Assembly (NCBI RefSeq): GCF_001194135.2
Contig: NC_068991.1
Location: 37,791,654-37,835,555, forward strand
Source: Octopus bimaculoides
Taxonomy: Eukaryota
Length of the DNA: 43,902 nt
Reading direction: 5' to 3'
This document shows, piece by piece, positions 33,314 through 43,902 of this stretch (the stretch's first letter is position 1; each line of letters opens with the position of its first letter). The notes under the pieces were generated by a model. It made no database searches, had not been told where the DNA came from, and saw only the letters and a list, made by a program, of their open reading frames with translations. Made by a program: the position numbers and the translations under genes.

Positions 33314-35139
33314 TGTGATAAGGCTAATACTTGATCAGCTAAGCAGAATCAGAAACAAGTAGACTAATACTTGATCAGCTAAGAGAATAAAAATAATGTT
33401 ACAACTGAAAAAACGAGTTTGTTCTCAGCTTGAAAAATGTCGAAATTAATGTTTCGACCAGGAAACCCTGGGTAGCTGTATTTAACGAGACTTGCAGCTT
33501 TTATTATAACATTATATATATATATTTCAAGTTTTGCCATTCAGCTTCTGTAAGTGAACAAATCTTCGCTTTCTCGTATTTTTATATAGGAAGACATGAA
33601 TATACGAACCTGTTGAATTGTCGAAAATCGTATGAAACCTTTGAAATAAATTATATAAAGTTTTATAGTACTTTAGGTCTTTTTTTTATATGGTCTCGGT
33701 TATCAAATGATTGTTTCAGAATGTTTATAAAGCTGTTTTATTTCACATAATATTTCGTATAATACAGCAGTGTAAAGCTGACAATGTTAATTCTTGTTGT
33801 TTTTTGGTTTGGTGTGTGACATAACTTATCCAATATATATTGTAAGGTGTTTAGCACAGATTTTGATTCCATATACACTCAGCCAGGGAAATAAATTAGT
33901 TTTGAAAGGGAGTTCTAAAATGGATGTATGTCTTGGTTAAACCTGCTTTTGAGTCAACTTGTAGATAATTAAACGAGCGAATGATTGTGAGGAGAGGAAA
34001 ACTTTGATATGGAATTGAGTAAAACTAACGGTAGGAAAAGATGGGATATAAAGTTGGGATGAAAGATTAGAGTGAACAGTAGCTCAATAAATTATTTCTT
34101 TAGTAAGAAATTTTCAATTATTTGCGTTATTGTCGACTTCTTTTGGTTTGTCAAATTAGAGAAAGAGATTTTTATGTTCTTTTCATTTAACAATTTATAG
34201 TATTTGTGGTTAGATGAAAAATGCTTTTGTAATAATTAAAAGAAAGTTTTTGCTATTTCTTTACTTGTCGGTCGTGTGGCGGATTGCACCCCATATTGTT
34301 TTGTTGTTTTTTATGCTTTGGTTAGTGTTTGTTGTTTCTTTGTAGTATTTCAATTCTTGTGCATGTCCACCTGGAAAATGCGATAGCATTTATAAATTAT
34401 ATTAGGAAAATGAGATCAAATCTAGGGAGTCTCGAAGTAAAGTTTCAAATGATCTGTACATACCCCAATTACGTACAAGTACGTAACAAGATTTTTACTT
34501 GAAAATTGCAAAGAAGACAACTTCTGATATCTCGCAGACGACAGTAAGTAGACAATCTACATCACTTAGGCCATTGATATGGACAATCAAAGAACAGAAT
34601 GAAACTGTTCTTTGAAAAGGTAATCCGCAAATAGATTAAGATATAAAACAGTCTACATACTGCCAGTATATATATTTGATGGTGGTGGTGATGATGATGA
34701 TGATGATGGTATGAAAGAAACCGAAAGAAAGAAAGAAAGAAAGATAAGAGATAAAGAGAAAGGAAAAGGAATGTGGAGAAAGTGGGAGTAAAGGACTGAG
34801 ATAATGTACGAGAATAGTGTGTAACATTTGCAACGGACCTATCCACCCGACCTGTTTATATACAGATGTTAACCTGGGTGGTCAAAAATGCGCACGCACA
34901 CACACAAATGCACGCGCACATGCACACACACACACATAGGCGCGCGCGCGCACAAACAAGCAACGCTTTATCTGTGGTGTCATTTTATGATTTCATAGTT
35001 AACATATTGATGAATGATAAAGTATAAAGTTGATACTGGAAAATCTTGAATGAATTCAATATTCTGTTTCCAAGTTCATACATCTGGTGTCAATCTCTAA
35101 GGGTTGCTACGTTGAACTTAGAACAGAGCTGTAATATTT

Positions 35140-35745
35140 CTGAATAGCAAGCTCAGATACATTCGAAAAGCTAGATTTGTCGAAGAAACCTTTTTTCTTT
35201 TTTTTTTTTCGCAAAGTGGCTATGGGTGCCTTTCTAAAATCCTAATAAATTCAGGGTAAATACTGGGCATAAAGAGTGATACAATATCCAACCCTTACCA
35301 CTTTTGAAGAGGAGCCGAGAGAGGATGATTGTTTAATATACATTGAACACTTGTGAGAAATTGCACAATGATATAGAAATTAGGTTTAAAGATGTCCTGA
35401 ATATGAACATTTGGAACTGGGTGGTAGATCCATTTGGGATAATATATAGCTGATGTTGATATCGGACTACAAGAAAGCCTTACTGAGTTATAGGCTAAAT
35501 TTAATCATGGCAAAATAACTTATGGAGAAATTGTGAAATCATTGCGAAATTCCCATTGCTGTGGTAGGAAGTGAATTTATATTTCATTGCCTTTCCTACT
35601 TCTTACTTAGTTGTCTTTCCAACTATCAAATTTCACAATCGCTTAGAAATTTAAGTAGAGGTGTTGTTTGTTTGTCTCTAACAACCACCGATATTAATAC
35701 TGAAAAACTTTCCAAGTTGCATCAGCCACAATGATCTCATTGAAA
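35140..35745 (+). mobile_element. hAT (Buster/Charlie/SPIN-like) transposase C-terminal fragment, decayed
   Basis: SDTFEKL...QYPTL...IYIEHL...LHNDIEIRFKDVLNMNIWNWVVDPF...ADVDIGLQESLTEL...FPLLW...FIAFPTSYLV...NRLEI...LSLT...KLSKLHQPQ*SH*; matches the hAT dimerisation region of Buster-family transposases. Confidence 0.88.
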
Positions 35746-35977
35746 AAATACAGTAAAAAGGTAATATAATATATATTTTTTATTTCATTAAAGAATCTTA
35801 TTTTTTGTTCAAAAAGTAATCACTGTTTTAATCATTTTAGAAGTTATTAATTTTTTACAGGTCAAAAGGAGTTTTTTCTTGAATTTTATATCTAAAAATT
35901 AACAGTTGTTTTAGTGAATCCACATTTGTGTGTGTGTATGTGTGTGTGTATGTGTGTGTGTGTACGTGTGTGTGTGT

Positions 35978-36009
<32 letters not shown>

Positions 36010-37164
36010 AGCGTGTGTGCGTGTGAAATAAAACTTTTGAGATAAGATTTACATTTAGTAACATACACAATAATTTTCTTTTTATGGAATGTATTGTATT
36101 AATGGTAGAAAACAGGTAAGAAAACCAGCTTAAAGCAATACTTATAATTTCGTAATTATTTGATAAATTTTACAAATTATGATTTTGTCAATGGCTTTAG
36201 CCATTTATTACAAAACCGAACTACTATTTTCTTTAATAATGTTTCGGGAGTCACAGAATAATTAAAGATTTCAAGAGTGAGACTCTATGAGCCATTGCTC
36301 TGCGCTGCGATTTTTGGATAATTTCTTATGTAATTTCAAATGGCAAGTTATTCACTTTATTCAGTACACTTGTTCGAATATCCAATTTACAATAATCAGT
36401 TTAACTGAGGCCAATGTTGTACGCACTGTGAATAGCAGCAAATAACAGAAAATAAGTATTCTTTCCGAAAAATGGTTTTAACTAGACAAGCAACAGAACA
36501 GATCTATTTTATTTTGCTTCTTTTGAAAATGTATGCTTAATGGCATAACCACGATTTGTTATTTTATATAATAAGAACATCATTTCATGTTTATCGGAAC
36601 TATATACATTGCATTTCAAATTACTCCGAAAGGTTGAGCTGAAGGTTATCGGGGAATTGATTATTTGATTAATCAGTCAGTTAATTAATTAATTAATTAA
36701 TTAATTAATTAATATATACGCACGTATACGTACACATGCGAGCGCATACACACAGTCTCAGAATTAAAAGAAAAAGAAAAAGGAGAATAACAGAGTCACC
36801 AGTGGCATGGATTTGAGGAGAAGAAACGAATAAATGTATTTTAAATAGCAAACAAAATAAATTGCTGAATTATAAAAAAAATTATCACCGTTTCGACAGA
36901 AGGTAAATCTGAAACCACCGATTCCGAATAAAAAGACCAGATGAGCAAATAACCTCAAGAATCAACACTTCTCCATACTTGATATACCATTAAATAAAAG
37001 ACGTCTGAAGACAAGAGAAGAGTTGTGGACAGTATGCATGTGTGTATACATATAAATACACACATACACACACAATCTGTCTCACACACACACACACAGG
37101 TGTATATGTATCTATATCTATGTACTTATAAACGCAAATGCAGGTACGCAGATACTAACAAAGA

Positions 37165-37566
37165 GATAAGCTTGCTTCCCAACCATATGATTCTGAGTTC
37201 AGTCCCACTACGTGACACCTCGAGCAAGTATTTTCTACTATAGCTTCGGGCCGACTAAAGTCTTGTGAGTGGATTTGGAAGATGGAAACTGAAAGAAACC
37301 CGTCGTATATATATATATATATATATATAAATATATATATCTGTGGGTCTTCGTGTCTGTGTTTGTCACCCTATCACCGCTTGACAACTGGCGTTGATGT
37401 GTTTACGTCCAGTAACATAGCGGTTCGGCAAAAGATACGAGAGAATAAGTATCAGGCTTTAAAAATAAGTCCTGAGGTCGATTTCTTCGACAAAGACTCT
37501 TTAGGCGGTGCTCCAGCATGGCCGCAGTCAAATGACTGAAACATGTGAATAAATAAAAGAATAAAG
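37165..37566 (+). mobile_element. Composite SINE-B: tRNA/CORE-like head, internal (TA)n, second module and stem-loop tail
   Basis: B-box gagttcagtccc; CORE-like gacacctcgagcaagtattttct; (TA)n 37306-37340; second module with aataagt...gaggtcgatt; tail hairpin gcggtgctccagcatggccgc; ends aataaaagaataaag. Confidence 0.9.
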
Positions 37567-37722
37567 GTATAAAGGAACACAATATGTATGTATGTATGTA
37601 TGTATGTATGCATGTACGTATGTACGTATGTACGTATGTATGGATGTATGTATGTATGTATGTATGTATGTATAATGCCTATTGCTTGACTAATCAAATC
37701 ATCAATCAATTGGTTTTTCCAG

Positions 37723-37794
37723 AGTCTTCTCGTCGCCTTATACAACCTCAACATTGAGTTTTGGGCACGTCGTAAGAGACCTGGAGCAACGAGA
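37723..37794 (+). CDS. Candidate exon (72 nt) of an unidentified gene
   Basis: Acceptor ttggtttttccag, donor GA|gtaagt. Phase 0 open: SLLVALYNLNIEFWARRKRPGATR (phase 2 also open). Joins in frame to 37997-38065. Confidence 0.35.
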
Positions 37795-37996
37795 GTAAGT
37801 TATTGATGTGATAACGAAGACTGACACAAGGTTAATGACAAATTTAACCAACTGACTGAGTGATTGAACAAATGATTAGTCAAACAATCAATGTGTTAAT
37901 TGGCTAATTAATTAGATAACTAGTTGACAGACAACAATGAATACAAGCTGAATAAAATCACTGCATGTGCTTTTATTTTCAAAATGACCCTGCCAG

Positions 37997-38065
37997 GAAT
38001 ATGTGTTGAAACAGAGGAATTCACATCAAGAGTCTTGCGAAACAAATAAGACCGATAAAATCGTG
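37997..38065 (+). CDS. Candidate exon (69 nt) of an unidentified gene
   Basis: Acceptor ttttattttcaaaatgaccctgccag, donor GTG|gtaatg. Only phase 0 is open: EYVLKQRNSHQESCETNKTDKIV. Putative 202-nt intron to the previous exon. Confidence 0.33.
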
Positions 38066-38193
38066 GTAATGCATTCAACCATACACACACATACACACAT
38101 ACATACATGCATAATACATACATACACACACACATACATACATACATATAAACATACATACATACAAACATACATACATACATACATACATAT

Positions 38194-38224
<31 letters not shown>

Positions 38225-38415
38225 CATGCATGTAAGTGTGTGTATGTATATACGCGCTTATATTATATTGTATAATATTATATTATATAAACACAATAGA
38301 CCTATAAATATATCTATTTTATTAGTGATCAATTAAGTATTTACATTCATTTAGTTTTTACAGCCTAGACGTTATAAATTGGAGGCAAACTACATTAAAT
38401 TTATCATTCATTTTT

Positions 38416-38418
<3 letters not shown>

Positions 38419-38483
<65 letters not shown>
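38419..38483. repeat. (GT)n microsatellite, about 32 units
   Basis: Direct reading. Confidence 0.95.
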
Positions 38484-38487
<4 letters not shown>

Positions 38488-38718
38488 TATGCATGTATTC
38501 ACGTGTGTATATATTACTTATAATTTATACAAGCGTGTCACTCTGGCACAGCTGAAATGAAATACTCAACAAAATAAAGACGAGGTAGATATAGCTTGTA
38601 ATAAACATAAGACAAGACAGAAGAAACACTATAACATAAATAAACAGGCAAAAGCAAGTCAAAACAAAACTATTGTGTTAAGCAGTTTACTACGAACACT
38701 ACTACCACTAATAATAAT

Positions 38719-39506
38719 CCTTTCTGCTATAGGCATAAGATTTGAAATTTTGAGGAACTAGGCTATTCGATTTACATGGACCCCAACAGCATTTTGTCCG
38801 GTGTGCTAATTCTGCCAGCTCACCGCTTTACCACTACCGCTAATAATAATAGTGGCTTCAAAGTTTGGCACAAGGCCAGCAATTTCGGGGTAGGTTACTA
38901 AGTCGATTAAATTAACCCCAGTGCTCTTCTGCTCCTTATTTTATAGATCCCGAAAGGATGAAAGGTAACGTCGACCTCGGTGGAATTTGAACTCAGAATG
39001 TGACGGCGGACGAAATACCGCTAAGCATTTTGTCCGGCGTACAAAGGAATCAGCCAGCTCACTGCTTTACCACCAATAATAATGATGGTTTCAAATTTTA
39101 ATAAAAGGCCAGTAATTTTATAGCTGAGTGGTAAGTCGATTACATGGATCCCAGGGGAACTTAGTTTAACAACTTCGAAAGGATGAAAGGCAAAACTGAC
39201 CTCGTTGGAATTTGAACTCAGAACGTAAAAAGTCGGAAGAAATGCAGCTAGCATTTTCTCCGACGTGCTAGCGATTCCGCCACCTTGTCATTTTAACGGT
39301 TTCTGATTTAGGCACAAAGACAACAATTTTGAGGCTAGGGATTAGTCAATTTCATCGACCACTGAATCTTTACTGCTTCCAAGACTCTGTCAATCTAACT
39401 CCATTATGGCAATCGTTTCTAATACAAGGCCTGAAATTTAGAGGTACGATTATAGCCGACGTGTGTATTGGTCTCAATACTTAACCAGTACTTTATTTAT
39501 CGACCT
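38719..39506 (-). mobile_element. Head-to-tail array of five SINE-A copies or fragments
   Basis: Copies at about 38719-38828 (deleted), 38852-39068 (full), 39085-39287 (full), 39296-39362 (tail) and 39410-39506 (partial). The first three are each preceded by accac(t/c)...aataataat linkers. Confidence 0.88.
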
Positions 39507-40034
39507 TATAAGTTAACGTCGACAGATTTAGTGGTGCTTGTGAAATTGGAATGAGCTGATGAAGACTGACCTACGACGGGATTTAGACGCATATACGGAG
39601 AAGGGCAGTCTAGACAAATAAAAGGCTTCAGTACATGACAGCTACACATAATTTCTTTACGAAGAAAAAATGTTAATGTGGACCTCACTTAGAAACTAAT
39701 GATTTTTTAACCTTGATACGAGGTGTTAAATGTTTTTGGAGTGCAGGAAGAGTTGATTAGTGCTGTTTTTTATTGTCTAATCAGGAGGGAAGACTGTGCC
39801 TATAACCCTTGGCAGAGCTTCTGTGATTGATGGGAAGGATAGATGAGATATCCTCAAACTAGAGACTTAGCCCAATTACTTGCAACAGAATGGTCTTCGC
39901 TAAAGACAGCCAAGGTCTCAAGTTAAACCTAACGACTAGGAAAGTCAACTAAGCTAAGAGAGGATTTGCACATAGAATTCAAAGAGTCAGAATATATAGC
40001 ACAGCGTAACCCAAACCCGTCCGATTCTACCAAT

Positions 40035-40218
40035 TCACAGTTCTGAAAGGATGGACGGCATTGTTGAACTTGGTGAGATTTGAACCCAGAACTCAAGAAG
40101 CTGGAATAAATACCGTCAGGTACTAATGTTTCTGCCATTAAATGGTGGATTTGACTCCTGTATTTGATTGGTATTTTACTTTATCGAAGAATGAAAGGCG
40201 AAGTGGAACTTGGTAAGT
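40035..40218 (-). mobile_element. Two decayed SINE-A-like fragments
   Basis: gaaaggatggacggc...gatttgaacccagaac...aaataccg and tggtattttactttatcgaagaatgaaaggcgaagtggaac. Confidence 0.65.
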
Positions 40219-40269
40219 AACTAAAGAATTATTTCTCATACAGGAAGCCCAGCCGCTTTCTTTTCTTTC

Positions 40270-40502
40270 TTTCTTATTTCTTTATTGCCCACAAGTGGCT
40301 AAACATAGAGGGGACAAACAAGGACAGACAAAGGGATTAAGTCGATTACATCGACCCCAGTGCGTAACTGCTACTAAATTTATCGACCCCGAAAGGATGA
40401 AAGGCAAAGTCGACCTCTGCGGAATTTGAACTCAGAACTAACGGCAGACGAAATACCGCTAAGCATTTCGCTCGGCGTGCTAACGTTTCTGCCAGCTCGC
40501 CG
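40270..40502 (-). mobile_element. SINE-A, well-preserved full-length copy with the long tail variant
   Basis: Minus strand: ggcgagctggcagaaacgttagcacgccg (A-box-like), gagttcaaattcc (B-box), gaggtcgactttgcctttcatcctttcggggtcgataaa, ctggggtcgatgtaatcgac, tail tgtctgtccttgtttgtcccctc...cttgtgggcaataaagaaa. Confidence 0.92.
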
Positions 40503-40983
40503 GTGGAAAGACACTAGATAAAATTAACTTCCACATAGGGTGAAAGGCAAATTAGACTAGTGTAATAACTCATGACTTTTAACTAATGGAGTGGATTGAC
40601 ACCTGTATTTCAATGATATCTTGCAAAAAGATGGGATGGCAAAATTGTTCTCAACGATAATTTAACATCAATATTTCTGTGTGTGAATCGGATGTGAGAG
40701 GAAAATTTTTAAGAGGAGAAAGTTTGAGCAGATAGAAGCGTTTGAAAGCATGCGGTGATTGATGGTAGTGGTGGTAGTGATGGTGATGGTGGTATGGTGG
40801 CGGTTCGATGATAGACAGAAGAAAATAATGGTGTTGCTGAAGAGAGGAAAATCTATGAATGCTAAGAAGAAGAAGAAACACAAGGGGAAAAAAGGCGTTT
40901 ACGAAAACGGGTAAAAATCAAAAAGAAAAATAAAGTGTACAAGGTGAACGGTAAAGAAGAATAAGAAATCGAGCAACGATTAC

Positions 40984-41051
<68 letters not shown>
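40984..41051. repeat. (TAG)n microsatellite
   Basis: Direct reading. Confidence 0.95.
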
Positions 41052-41263
41052 CTGAGGAAAAAATGACGATAACGACGATGAGGAGATAGAGGAGGAAGGT
41101 GAGTAGGGGGGAAACACGGGGATTAGTGGTGGGTTAATCTAGTTGAAGTAAATAAGACACGAAATGAATGAGTAGTAGTGGGAGGTAGAGGTGGAGGAGT
41201 AGGGAGCAAAAAAGTATTGAAGTAAAGAAGAGGAAGAAAGAGGAATAAGGGAGTTCACAACAG

Positions 41264-41302
41264 CTGAAGAAGAAGAAGAAGAAGAAGAAGAAGAAGAAGA
41301 AG

Positions 41303-41343
<41 letters not shown>

Positions 41344-41352
41344 CGACAACAG
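41264..41352. repeat. Compound (GAA)n(CAA)n microsatellite
   Basis: Direct reading. Confidence 0.95.
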
Positions 41353-42589
41353 CAAGAAACAAATAAGGAATGAATGAATGAATGAAAGAATGAATGAAAG
41401 GAATGAAGGAGAAGAAGAAACAGGTGAAAATTGAGAGGAAGTGGGTGGAATAAAGAAGCGAAGCGGCGTGACAAACGAGGGAGGGAGAGGAAGAGGAGGA
41501 GCAAGCTGGAAGGAGGAGAAGGAGACAGAGGAAATTGTACCTGAAAAGCAGTGACGTATGAGCAAGAAAGGGAGGGGGGAAGCAGAAACAAGGATTGGGA
41601 GGGAAAGTGAGAGAAAAACAAACTGACGAGCAGGCGTAGGAGCGGTAGCGAGAGAAGGGAAGGCACATGAGCTTGGTTTCCCTCTGTCTTATGTGCCTTC
41701 ATCATTATCACCGTCATCTCACGTTTGTCTATATTATGCCCTTTTTTTACTTTTTCCCCCCCTTCGTATCTTCTTCCCCTCCATCCACCGTTACTTTTCT
41801 CTCTCTCTCTCTCTCTTTATCTCTCTTTCACTCGCTCTTCTCCTCTTTTCTTGTGAACGCCGTCTAGGTTTTTGCTCAATCAACATCAAGTAAGGGGCTA
41901 ACGAAATAACCAACCAGTGACAAGGTGATTTGATACAATCACAGCGTGATATAGGCAGAAAGAGTGAGAAGCAGTGAAAGAGACAGAGACAGAGAGAGAG
42001 TGAGTGTGTGTGTGTGTGTAAGAGAGAAAGAGATAGATAGAAGTGGAATGAACGAAGGAGAGGAAAAAAGAGAATGAAGGAGAGACAGAAAGCAAGGGTC
42101 GGAGCGATAAAGAGCGAGAGAGTGGGATTACGCGGTGTTTGTTTGTTTTTTTAAAGTTTTAGCAGATGATTCTTACGAGCTAAGCTTCCTGTGATTGTTG
42201 TGTATGTGTGTGCGTGCGTATGTGTGAATGTTTGTGTGTTTGTATAAACACACGCACACACACACACACATATATTGTATAGAAGTGCGTGTTTTGTGGT
42301 GGTAGTGTTGGTGGTGGTAGTGGTGGTGGTGAAAGTTGCTGGTGGAGTCAAATGCTACGGCTGCCAAAAATAAAAAAAAAGTAAACAAATGCATTTGAGA
42401 AAACAACAAGCATACGAACGGAAAATAAAAGCGAAACTAGAATACATGCGCACGTGCGCATGCACACACACATACACACACACCAACGTGCACGCGCACA
42501 ATGACAAGGAATAAACAATGACGGAAAGCAACATCTAAGATGCAACAATGTTTTGAGCCAACGAATGAAACTCTGTTAGGTCGCTCAAT

Positions 42590-42760
42590 TTACTAGAAAT
42601 AGCAACCAAATCTCCCTCAAATCACGCTCTAAGGAAGAGTGCATTTTTGTAATATGGGTGGTTCTTAGGTGTTCCATGCCTCGAGGAAATCCAAGAGGGC
42701 CGTAGATGGAATGTTTAGGGCTGACCTGGGACCAAAACAGCAACAACAACAACGATAATA
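42590..42760 (+). repeat. Family E repeat copy ending in (AAC)n
   Basis: ctagaaatagcaaccaaatctccctcaaatcac...gggctgacctgggaccaaaacagcaacaacaacaac; homologous to 7790-7960. Confidence 0.65.
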
Positions 42761-43902
42761 TTGAACCTGGCAAAGCGAACAGCAGTGACGGACGGTCAAA
42801 CAGCAGGTCGAGTATTATTAACAAGAAGGACAGCAACAGCAGCAGTAACACTATCAGAAACAACAGCAGCGGCAGCAGCGATAGTAGTAGTAGTAGTAGT
42901 TGGAGCAGGAGGAGNNNNNNNNNNNNNNNNNNNNNNNNNNNNNNNNNNNNNNNNNNNNNNNNNNNNNNNNNNNNNNNNNNNNNNNNNNNNNNNNNNNNNN
43001 NNNNNNNNNNNNNNNNNNNNNNNNNNNNNNNNNNNNNNNNNNNNNNNNNNNNNNNNNNNNNNNNNNNNNNNNNNNNNNNNNNNNNNNNNNNNNNNNNNNN
43101 NNNNNNNNNNNNNNNNNNNNNNNNNNNNNNNNNNNNNNNNNNNNNNNNNNNNNNNNNNNNNNNNNNNNNNNNNNNNNNNNNNNNNNNNNNNNNNNNNNNN
43201 NNNNNNNNNNNNNNNNNNNNNNNNNNNNNNNNNNNNNNNNNNNNNNNNNNNNNNNNNNNNNNNNNNNNNNNNNNNNNNNNNNNNNNNNNNNNNNNNNNNN
43301 NNNNNNNNNNNNNNNNNNNNNNNNNNNNNNNNNNNNNNNNNNNNNNNNNNNNNNNNNNNNNNNNNNNNNNNNNNNNNNNNNNNNNNNNNNNNNNNNNNNN
43401 NNNNNNNNNNNNNNNNNNNNNNNNNNNNNNNNNNNNNNNNNNNNNNNNNNNNNNNNNNNNNNNNNNNNNNNNNNNNNNNNNNNNNNNNNNNNNNNNNNNN
43501 NNNNNNNNNNNNNNNNNNNNNNNNNNNNNNNNNNNNNNNNNNNNNNNNNNNNNNNNNNNTTAAATCACTCAACAAAAATACAACAAAAAAAAAAGCAAAC
43601 AAACAAAAAAAAAAAAACAAATGGAAGAACATATTGAATGATGAAGTCTCTGATGCAAAATAACTTTGAATGAAAAAAAAATTGATGGAATGGTCACCAT
43701 TGATTGTCTTTGATTATAAGCTCTATTTGAACAGAACTGACCCGGGGTTAAAGAACAACAAATTGTTCGCCCTAAAGGGATAAATAACACTCACACAAAC
43801 ATATATATATATATATATATATATAATACACATACGTATTATATATAGATATTCATATACACACACATATATATATATATATAATACATATACGTATTAT
43901 AT

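Larger units (their letters stand above)
3446..43559. other. 14 assembly gaps (N-runs): 3446-3574, 9417-9906, 13283-14174, 16705-16745, 21133-21209, 21770-22524, 23202-23910, 24992-25645, 26191-26290, 27225-27938, 29002-29665, 31253-31596, 33118-33274, 42915-43559
   Basis: Direct reading. Most gaps are flanked by microsatellites, typical of short-read scaffolds. Confidence 0.97.

Noticed and set aside
33324-33383. 20-bp direct repeat (ctaatacttgatcagctaag) with a 20-bp spacer, CRISPR-like at first sight
   Set aside because: Only two units, eukaryotic context, no cas genes; a simple local duplication.
38719-39506. Repeat-spacer appearance of the SINE array as a CRISPR-like locus
   Set aside because: Units are 70-220-bp diverged SINEs and the spacers are microsatellite linkers.
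40430-40502. tRNA gene (A and B boxes present; also in the other SINE heads)
   Set aside because: No cloverleaf could be built, and the boxes are embedded in multicopy SINE bodies.
2057-43790. Most ORFs in the six-frame track (poly-YI/HT/CV/SL/ER, poly-I/N/D and X-filled ORFs)
   Set aside because: They are translations of microsatellites or run through N-gaps; no protein-like content.
43790-43902. Short duplicated unit (TA)n-atacacatacgtattatat at the window end
   Set aside because: Low-complexity slippage or assembly duplication with no independent signal.

Overview
Repeat-saturated eukaryotic genomic DNA from a draft assembly, with 14 N-gaps totalling about 6.4 kb. The SINE families, the very high microsatellite density and the AT-richness resemble octopus (coleoid cephalopod) DNA; this is an inference. 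No intact gene, RNA gene or CRISPR array is visible. Recognisable content is mostly decayed mobile DNA: a Tigger/pogo transposase (92-1756, -), a Tx1-like L1-clade LINE 3' end (two copies), two R4/Dong-like non-LTR fragments, a Penelope-like element (RT + GIY-YIG, 14175-15945, -), a 499-bp TA-flanked Tc1/mariner derivative, a maT/DD37D-like fragment, a Buster/Charlie hAT fragment and at least three tRNA-derived SINE families. Three patterns stand out. (1) (ATT/TAA)n microsatellite hubs repeatedly collect SINE-A, Tx1-like and R4-like elements in fixed polarity, and one SINE-A tail is homologous to the Tx1-like 3' end, suggesting a microsatellite-targeting LINE/SINE partnership. (2) Penelope-associated termini carry minimal hammerhead ribozyme cores, and a ~430-bp fold-back element has an arm that also caps the Penelope ORF in inverted orientation. 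(3) There are local template-switch signatures in a 234-bp palindrome and inside one SINE. A few short candidate exons with strong splice signals exist, but they cannot be assigned to a known gene. All alignments and translations were done by eye.
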